The notes beneath the pieces were generated by a model that saw only the letters and a list, made by a program, of their open reading frames with translations, was not told the origin of the DNA and did not search any database. A program made the position numbers and the translations under genes. A stretch of DNA of 62,123 nt, the filler included, from Choristocarpus tenellus KU-1152 (lineage: Eukaryota; Protista; Phaeophyceae), in NCBI GenBank assembly GCA_964200185.2. It is 10 parts of 10 records of this genome, joined end to end, with 100 filler letters (N's around TTAATTAATTAA, not from the genome) between each part and the next. Parts side by side here need not be neighbours in the genome. Positions count along the whole stretch, not along the records: positions 52,884 to 58,967 come from CAXNAD020008978.1; positions 59,068 to 62,123 come from CAXNAD020022633.1; 8 more parts are not named here. The stretch is one strand, 5' to 3'. Numbering within the stretch: the first letter of the stretch is position 1; every line of letters starts with the position of its first letter. This document shows, piece by piece, positions 53,495 to 62,123 of the stretch.

Positions 53495-53782
53495 GAGTGA
53501 AAGTATGTTAGGGTTAGGGTTAGGGTTAGGGTTAGGGTATGAGATTTGCCCTGTTTGTCCGTTTGGGGCTTGGCTTCCCACGAGTTTTTTTTTAATGACA
53601 TTTTTTAACTACTCTGAAACATTTCGGAGTAAGGAAAAATATATAAGTTATGAAAAGGTGTGTCTAGTACAAGGATATTGACACCTTCTAACAAACATGA
53701 TTGCCAAAATTACATCAAAATCGCAACATGTGACTTTGGTCCCCAAATGGACACGGCTCTACCTTCTAAGATACTTTGACTC
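53495..53782 (+). mobile_element. MITE family A copy with (TTAGGG)5 in the left TIR, TSD TTTT
   Basis: Five telomeric units at 53508-53537 replace TTAGAGGG; the right TIR is the standard type. Confidence 0.93.
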
Positions 53783-55015
53783 TTTTTAGTATGGAAGTAG
53801 AGGTAAAGGTGTTCAGGTCGGGTATGAAAATAATAGCCAAGGTAGGTATCGTGTGGATTCTGGTGAATTAGAGAGTCTTGTCAACCAATTTCTCGGGGAT
53901 CAACGGATTGGTATGGCGTTATAAGGTACACATATCGCCAATATACATACACAAATAGCCCTGACAGTATATATTCAATCTTTCATACTATCATATTTTT
54001 CTTTTTCAGTGAGCATAAAGTTCTGCCCACTCTATACCTTACATATTTCCTTCCCTTGTTCTGGTGGTGGAAGGAGTAGATTGTTGACTTTACATTTTCT
54101 TCTGAAGGATTTATGTACGATGCATGAGGTCTATTTCACGGATGGAGTGATGAGCCGGAAGCAATGGCACATTGCATTGCCATTATTTAATTTTTTGAAG
54201 GATAGAAAGTGGCGCATGCGCTTAGGTTAAAAATATTATTCTTGCTGGGAGGATTCAAGATGTGGCACGGTGAAGTTTTTCTTTTAAGAGTTAGGGCTAG
54301 CTAGCTAGTTCTGAGGATAGCACCAAACTTGTCGCTCTTGAGACTTTGCATAAAGAAGAGAGTAAATGTTTTCTTTGCTAGTAGGTGCAAGGTCCTGCTG
54401 ACATAAACCATATTAGGGCACCACTGCCCAGTATCCAGTCCACGAATGTTGAATTATATATCTGCCATCTTTTGCTCCTGTTCGAATGCTACTAAAGAGT
54501 GCACTGCTTCACCATAAAGAAGAACCAACTGCCTAAGGAACTGGTGGCATGCATCAACATGTTTTGTCCTAAATCTAATATTTGGGTGTCCCGATAACTT
54601 CACTGGCCCCCCATTGTCCTCATACATAAAGGTGCAACTAGCTGTCCTCTCCAGGTTTACAAACTCCAAAACCTGTCTCAAGAAGAACACTCTCTTAGCA
54701 TGTGGCGCTTAAAGTCACATATTCAGTTCCAGTAACAGACATATCCACCGCCTTCTTCACCCTTGAAAACCACAATAATGCCACACCTCCAATGGTTAGT
54801 GGGCCCCCAGATACAGACCTCTGTTGGTCCAGATCAGATGCATAATCCGCATCAGCAAACGCCTCCATTCGTTTTTCCATCTTTCTGTTGTGTGTGATGC
54901 CAGTCCCCCTAGTGTACCTCACATACCCCAATTTTTTTTTAACAGCTGCCCAATGTCACTGCTCTGGGCCACTGCTAAATCTGGTAACTCTCATATTACT
55001 GTGTTGGCAATATCA

Positions 55016-55274
55016 GAGCCAAAGTATCTTAGAGGGTAGAGCCGCGTCCATTTGGGGGCCAAAATCCTATACTGCAATTTCGATGTATTTTCGGTTATTG
55101 TGTTTGCTAGGAAGTGTCAATACCCTTGTTCCGAACACATCTTTTCATAACGTATACATCTTACCTACTCTGAAACATTTCGGAGTAGGAAAATGTCATT
55201 AAGAAAAACATGGGAAGCGAAGCCCCAAATGGACAAAAAGGGCAAAACTCGTACCCTCTAAGATACTTTCACTC
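55016..55274 (-). mobile_element. MITE family A copy inserted in the Copia RT, TSD TCA
   Basis: Removing the element and one TCA restores the codons for K-P-D-I-A-N. Confidence 0.96.
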
Positions 55275-55994
55275 TCAGGCTTGTTCATGGTTACTGACCA
55301 AATTAGTGACCCCACTGCATCCCTATATGAAGTAGATGGGTCCAGCTCTACACTCGAACCCCTCTCCAACAGTTCAGATTGCTCAAAACATAGCTCCAAC
55401 AAGCACCCACCAGCAGTAACTTGCAGTTCCAAGATACTTCGACTATCCCATGCAGGGGCTTTGTCAGCAATCCCACAGTTCCATCAAACTTTGCCACCCT
55501 GCAGTCCTTAGCCCAGCCTTGGACCTCAGCACTCTCCCTTTCCCACCCATCTGCCTCGGTCAAAAACCCTTTTCATATTTAATGGGTAAGCTAACTGGAT
55601 CTTTGCCCGCCTCCTGTGTATGCTCGTTTCCACATTCACAGCCCCTTTCCACAAGGGCCACTCCTCAGACTCCATTGCATTACTCATAATCTTTGGTTCA
55701 GGTGGTAGTAGTATTCTCGCTTTCCCACCAACAAGCAGACCAACCAGTCCTCATACCTCAGTTGTCGCTCGGATGGTGCACCTGGCTCAGGTGGGGTATT
55801 ACTCTTGTGATTTGCAAGTCTCACACATCCATGTATTACTTCCACTCCCTTGCTATGACTTCTGATCCACGTCACCTATGCCTGTATCCAATTCACCATC
55901 TGACCCCACTGTCTCATCTTCCAACTTCTGCTCGCTACCTGGTACCTCAGGACTTACAAAACAAATTCCGCAGTGTCACCTCTATCTGACTCCT

Positions 55995-56520
55995 GAACCA
56001 AAGTATCTTCGAGGGTAGGTCCGCGTCCATTCGGGGATAACATCCGATGTTGCGATTTTGATGTAATTTTGGCGATCGTGTTTATTAGGAAGTGTCAATA
56101 TCCTTGTTCCAAACATACCTTTTAATAACATACACATTTTACCTACTTCGAAACACTTCGGAGTAGGAAAATGTCATAAAACATGGGAGCCCAAGCCCCA
56201 AATGGACAAACAGGGCAAAACTTGTACCCTAACCCTAAGATACTTTCCTTCGATCGGCTTCGAACCAAAGTATCTTAGGGTTAGGGTAGAGCCGCGTCCA
56301 TTTGGGGTGATGATCCAATGCTGCCATTTGATGTATTTTTGGCCATCGTGTTTGTTAGGAAGTGTCAAAATCCTTGTTCTGGACACACCTTTTCATAATA
56401 ACGTATACATTTTACCTACTTCGAAACACTTTGGAGTAGGAAAATGTCATAAAACATGGGAACCCAAGCCCCAAATGGACAAACAGGGCAAAACTCGTAC
56501 CCTCTAAGATACTTTCACTC
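55995..56520 (-). mobile_element. Head-to-tail dimer of MITE family A (55995-56251 and 56262-56520), single TSD TCCT
   Basis: Two full units with a 10-nt spacer; TCCT flanks only the outer ends. Confidence 0.93.
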
Positions 56521-58818
56521 TCCTCCAATGGTTCGTCTAGTTCAGGTGGAGGGTCACTATCGGGACCTAAATATTGCAGTAACCTCTTCTCACGCTCCCC
56601 TGCTGTGACATTGCATCCAAACCACCAATGCCAGAGTCCAACTTTTCATCCAACACCTCAAACGACGTCTCGGGTAAATCCAACAACAAATCAGGCTCAT
56701 CAGCTGTAAATGTCCTCTCCAGTTTCCTTCATGCCCGAAAAATTCTCTCCCCGTGGCATTGGAGCACAGTGAGCTTTGGACACTAATCCAGTTGAAGTTT
56801 CTCGGGGTAAAATCCGATATGTGCAGCCCATGTAATGCCATTCACCACTGGTATCACGATATCATCCAGGCCATTATTTCCCTCAATCGTCAACGCTTCA
56901 GTCTTGACAATACAGCATAGCCCTGTCGTCTCACATATGGTCCGAGCTGAGCACAAGTTGTATCCTAGTGTGGGCACAACAGCAGCTTTCTTCATGATCA
57001 CACTGTACCCCACTACCTCTTTCCCTGATATCAGCATCATCTCTATCCAGCCCCATCCAGCAACATGGTGTTCCTTTCCATCTCCGACAACCACGTGGTC
57101 TCCAGTTTTATTCTTCCTCCAACCTCGCACACCAGCAAAAGAATTGGTCATGTGACCGCTTGCTCCAGTGACGAAAATACATTCTTCAGCACCTGTTGGT
57201 CTACCCTTGTCGCAGGTTGTTTCGCCTGTCACTGCAAATTCTCCTCTCCTACTTTGGTGTCCCATGCCAACATTCGTACCGCATGAAGCATGATCTTGAG
57301 TGCTCTTGCTTCCATCAGTACCATCACCACCACCATCACTATTTCCAGCGCCTCCACAGCAGTATGACCACGATCTCCTGGGCCCCTTTCTCTCCCATTG
57401 TTGCCATGACCGTAACCCCTTCATCGTTCACGGCAGGTCGCTGCCAGATGCCCCGTCTTTCCACAGATGTCACACTTCTTGCGCTTTTTTTTAAAAAAAA
57501 CGGACATTTCTTGCTGAAGTGTCCGTTTTTGCCACAGGTGTAGCAATTTATCCACTCCGACCCCGGTGCCGCATTCTACCTCCTGATCTGCTGTCAAAGC
57601 TGCCGTGGTTCTCCCCTGATCAACAGTAATCTCGGTATTCAACTGTTGGAACCGGTTCGCAAGCCCTTGTTCTAACTCCGCCTTCGTTAGAGCAGTGGCC
57701 CTCTTTAGCAAAGTCCGTCCCACCAGTCCATAGTCCTCTGACAGTCCTCCCAGAATGGGCACGTTCAGTTCCTCATGGCTGACCATTTTCCCCAATGCAG
57801 TCAGCCTCTTCCCAAGTCGACTTGCCTTCAGTATATATGGTTGCGGTTCCTCCCCAGGCCCAAGTCTGATGGATTGGAACTCCTCGCATAACCCAAGTCT
57901 CTTATCTAGGGTATGTGGTTCATAGTACTCGTACGAGGCATCCATGGCGATTCTTGGTCTCTTGTGCTCCATCACGATCTCCAGCACCTTCCCTTCACAA
58001 CCATTCCGAAGGGCGATCCACCCCCCGTTGTAGATATCCCAATCATCCGCACTCCCTCGATCTGCTCCTTCCTGCAGGTGGTACAACTCCCCACTGAACT
58101 ACTCGTGACATGTACTGCACGCTTCTATGAAAGCGCGAAAAAAAATAAAAAAATACCATGCATTACATTAAATCAGTCTCTCTGTTCCACGCGGCCACCT
58201 CCGACATGTATGCGTTGAATCCTTGCTCCTCTGCGGGGGTTGTGATTGCACTTGTTCCTCCTGTTGCCACAACCGGCCTACCGTAGCCCACCCCCCTTGC
58301 TGGGCCAACGCAGCTTCCACACACCCCTAGCTACAGCCAAGGCCACACGCTCCCCTAGCTGTGCCTCAACCCTTTCTGCCAGTCTCGATTCAACGGCTGC
58401 CTCGATTTCTTCCGCCATAGTTTGGGTGCCTCCCGAAGCCATGATGTCCCTGACTCTTCCTTCTGCTGCCTCCCCCGACAATGAATGAGTGTACCCCTTT
58501 ACCAAAACGAAGAAGATGGTGATGTAGAATATGCAATGTTTAGTTACAGGGAACAGCGAGATCTATGTATCTGGGTTGGGTTCGTAACCTCCATAGTTTC
58601 ACACAAATCGGTAGATCACCCACTAATACATTTCTAGAACGTTACTTCAACATTATGATATTGGAGCATTAATAAAAATACTAATTATTATTAAAAGCTC
58701 GTAGTAAAATAGAAATAGGTAATAAAATATGGTAAATGGATTAATGTCTTTCGCATCTACGACAACTAACTGTTATATATTATTTTAGGGGTTACCCTGA
58801 CATTTGAATGGTTTTCTT

Positions 58819-58967
58819 GAGCCAAAGTATCTTAGAGGGTAGAGCTGCGTCCATTTGGGGGCCAAAATCCAATGTTACGATTTTGATGTAATTTTGGCTA
58901 TCGTGTTTGTTAGGAATTGTCAATATCCTTGTTCCGGACACCACTTTTCATAATGTATACATTTTAC
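58819..58967 (-). mobile_element. MITE family A copy truncated by contig end
   Basis: GAGCCAAAGTATCTTAGAGGGTAGAG plus the family internal sequence. Confidence 0.93.
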
Positions 58968-59294
58968 NNNNNNNNNNNNNNNNNNNNNNNNNNNNNNNNN
59001 NNNNNNNNNNNTTAATTAATTAANNNNNNNNNNNNNNNNNNNNNNNNNNNNNNNNNNNNNNNNNNNNAAAAAAAAAAAAAAAAAAAGGGAAAAAAACGAC
59101 CCCCCCCCCCCCCCCCCCCCCCCCCCCAGATACTTTGACCCAAGGAAACAAAAAAATATCGGAAGTCAAGCCCTGACCGGAAAAACAAGGAAAAACTCCC
59201 ACCCTCTTAGATGCTTTGGAACAAAACTCAATGACAATGGAGAGTTCGGCTGGCTCAATGACAATCATGATGGTATCACAGATGAAGGACTTGC

Positions 59295-60474
59295 CTGAGC
59301 AAATCTTAACAAGGCACCCTGTGACTCTAGGTTGTGCATTGCCTTCAGCAGGGCAGGACCGTCAATAACCAATGCCCTTGGCTTTGGAGGTGGAATTTGA
59401 CCACTTTTGTCTTCATCATACTTGTTGTGCTCATCAATGTCTTTTTGGAGTGCCTCTGATTACAAGTATGTTGCAAGTAAAGCAAGTGCAGGCAGCATCA
59501 CACAGACAGAGTTGGACACAGCAGCAGGCAATGAAACGACCTTGGCAACTACACCCTGTGCTAAGATGCTGGCATGTGTCAACCAGGACTGGTGTAGAGC
59601 TGGTGAAAAAGGTAGAGAGTTCACACAAATTTCGCACTTTAGTTTCAGAGTAGCAGTAGAAGCTTTGCATATTATACCAACTTTGAACCTAACCATGCTA
59701 CAGGACAAACAAAATGACTCAGAACCCACAGGGCGGTCTCAGAGCAACTTTTTTTTTGTCAGGAACAAGAAAAAATCACACTAATGCCTGCAATGGTTTA
59801 ACGGTAGTGGTATAATTAAGGAGCATGGGATTGAGGGGATGGGGGACTTGATACGAAGAGTATCATTCGCACCAATAGAGCATTTCGTGTATCTCATTCA
59901 ACCAATGGGATACAATCATCCTACGACACATTCTGCATCTTTCAACCAATAGGATTAGCGGCCTTTTGCTGGCGCTACAGGCCTGGTTGACCTAATGTAA
60001 AACAGAGTCACCTCACACATGGTGTTCCACTTGCAATGCACCTTCAAGGACACCTTGGATATCAGCCGCTGTCTTGAGTTTTCCCCTGAGGCTGATGACA
60101 ACGCGCTCCATGCGAGCCTCTGACCAGATTAATTGGCAGGCAACTGCAATGTTGATGGCGGTTTCCTCCCTGGGAAAGCGACATCATGACAGGGGTGGGA
60201 TACCTGGAATGTCTAGGAGAGGCTTTTCTCCCTCTTTATGCTTTCCCTGTCTTATGCCATATCATCAGGTTGTTCCAGAAAATGATCTCATTTCGAAAAA
60301 AGCACAAAATTTGTAACAGGCCCAAAGTATCTGCTGGGGGGGGGGGGGGGGGGGGGGGGGGCTACACCAGGGTGCCCATTTTGGGTAAAAAACAAAAAAA
60401 AGGCACTAAAAACAACCACCCAAAAANNNNNNNNNNAAAAAAAAAGCAGAAGATGAAGAAGCAGGAGGGGGGGG

Positions 60475-60521
<47 letters not shown>

Positions 60522-61097
60522 CTACACCAGGGTGTCCATTTTGGATCAAAATCAGAAAAAGTGCACTTACATCAACCATCCGACATATGCAACAGATAAC
60601 ACAAAAATCGTGACATGAAGAAATTGGCTCCAAATGGACAGCCACCAGAAACTTTGAGCTACATACTGTGCTGAAAACAAATTCTCTTCCTCCAAAGTAC
60701 TCTTGGAGTACTTGATTTGGTGACTCAACAACAATATACTTGCCAAAATGAAGTACTTTGATATCATAGTTTGATTTCAAAGAAGTTACAAATTCGTATC
60801 TTTTCAGGAATCCTATTATTGCAGCTATGCTCTCACCCACACCATTGCACACACTGTATGTGACTTGGGTGCATTCACAGTAAGGCTGCATTCAAAGTTC
60901 CAAGACCTTCCGACTCAGAGGCTTATATTATTGCATTTATATTTCTTCAGGAGGGGGAGGGGAGAAAAGAAATCGGCAAATTGATCTCACTTGTCCCCCG
61001 TGAGAACCCATATCTTCAATCCAGCCATCATCAGGTCCGATACCGTGCTTGGTACCCCAGCCTGCAGCTTGTCTTCGATAGCACTCGAGCCAATCAA
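59295..61097 (-). CDS. P4-ATPase (phospholipid flippase), internal fragment of the P domain
   Basis: Exons 61097-60991, 60169-60042 and 59455-59295 are in phase: [16 protein letters not shown]...[11 protein letters not shown]|[13 protein letters not shown]...[10 protein letters not shown]...LRFAQ. The last donor is GC. Confidence 0.96.
60319..60660 (-). mobile_element. MITE family B copy in a P4-ATPase intron, TSD ACA; 5' part probably duplicated by assembly across a 10-N gap
   Basis: GGCCCAAAGTATCTG...CAGAAACTTTGAGCT; CTACACCAGGGTG occurs on both sides of the gap. Confidence 0.85.
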
Positions 61098-61272
61098 CTT
61101 CGTTTTGAATGGCAAAGACATGTTCAAAAATCGAATTGAAGATAAGATGAGGTTATCGGTTATCGGTCATTGGTCGCTCGCGTTTCGCGTTTGCATTCTT
61201 TGAACAACTTATTTGTGGTAAATAATGGGCATTCTTGAAGAGGTGGATTTTCTTTGTGTACAGTTGTTTGTG

Positions 61273-61375
61273 ACTAACTTTGAGGATGCGATTATCATTC
61301 ACACACACATACTGAAACCTCATTTTTTGTGTCTAACTTTGAGGATGCGATTATCATTCACACATACTGAAACCT
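61273..61375. repeat. Local direct duplication (about 45 nt, CTAACTTTGAGGATGCGATTATCATTCACAC...TACTGAAACCT x2)
   Basis: The two copies differ only in CA-repeat number. Confidence 0.9.
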
Positions 61376-61812
61376 GTCTGGGTCAACTGCCAAGCCAACC
61401 CTGGGGGTCCCTGGAGTGGATGGCAAAATGCTCCTTTCCATCTTCAACTCATCTCTCTGGCTACCAATCGATAAAAAAGTATGAAAAGGTTCAGCAATGA
61501 AATTCCAACCACAGTGATAATACATAAAAACAAAACAATGTGAACTATTGACAACTGAAGATGTGACCATCGTGAAATAAGAAAACGCTCTTTCGAAAAA
61601 ATGTAAGCACGACAACACCCACTTTCAACTACCTGTTCTTATAGAAAAATGATTTGAGGGGTGTGGTTCCAGAATCCTGGTCGTAACCCTCGGAATACTC
61701 CCAGACGGTTCTCTAAGGGGAACAAAAACCGTCCACACCAACACTCTACAGCTCTCCTACTGTTTGTGTTTGTTTGGAGCATGAGGGGCATGGTGGTGAG
61801 TATTAGAGACGA

Positions 61813-61861
<49 letters not shown>
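61813..61861. repeat. (TTA)n microsatellite
   Basis: Seen directly. Confidence 0.95.
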
Positions 61862-62123
61862 GATCGATCAGCCTGGGAAATATTATTCTGCTCTATATGC
61901 CCCCCAAGCTTTCGTTCTATGACTCTTATCCTTTTTGCAACTATCTACTCCGTGGCTGGAGATGTATCAGTGCTACAAATAGCAGAGTGTTCTTATGTAG
62001 AAAGGTGCAGAATCATTGGTTGGAGGAACGTTTTGCAATCTAAGCCATCTTTCTTAAACCCAAAGTATCTGGGGGAGGGGGCTCCTCACAAATTTTCTAT
62101 CTCAGAGTCATTGTAATTGTAAC

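Larger units (their letters stand above)
54440..58590 (-). mobile_element. Ty1/Copia retrotransposon, decayed and internally deleted, with nested MITEs
   Basis: Gag (58505-57421) with two frameshifted CCHC knuckles (CYTCGKxGH, CDICGKTGHLAATC). Protease-like FVTGASGHMT...VPTLGYNLCS. RT C-terminus YRDAVGSL...TMNKPDIAN. RNase H FADADYASD, YEDN, RTKHVD, MADI. Integrase core and most of RT are missing. Degenerate PBS-like GGTTACGAACCCAA at 58589-58576. Confidence 0.93.

Noticed and set aside
53878-54057. 3' LTR and PPT of the second Copia element
   Set aside because: A purine tract followed by TGTAAG exists on the minus strand, but no matching 5' LTR is visible upstream of gag.
29844-60660. MITEs acting as introner (intron-generating) elements
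   Set aside because: Copies lie inside existing introns, intergenic DNA or dead TEs; none coincides with an exon-intron boundary.
32189-61097. Functional gene cluster (flippase, adaptin ear, CYRI, GH16)
   Set aside because: Most of these genes are on different contigs joined artificially, so co-occurrence is not evidence.

Overview
Eukaryotic, intron-rich draft-genome sequence. It is probably a stramenopile or brown-alga-like organism (inference from gene content, GT/GC-AG introns and TTAGGG repeats). The window is not one locus: ten contigs are joined by nine artificial 100-nt linkers (44 N + TTAATTAATTAA + 44 N). Spliced gene fragments I could read by hand are a BRE1/HUB1-like coiled coil (-), CYRI/FAM49 (+), an outer-dynein-arm docking DC2/ODAD1-like protein (+), a GH16 beta-1,3-glucanase C-terminus (-) and a P4-ATPase flippase (-). 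One gene appears complete: nine phase-compatible exons (38068-43693, +) join a 4-TM membrane domain to a beta-adaptin appendage platform subdomain. This is the most unusual coding feature. The non-coding DNA holds two decayed Ty1/Copia elements and a candidate tRNA-derived SINE. It also holds about 19 full or partial copies of three internally different MITE families that share one terminal motif (G-R-N-Y-CAAAGT), have 3-4 bp TSDs, and in one family gain telomeric TTAGGG units at a fixed TIR position. All gene models are manual; no database searches were run.
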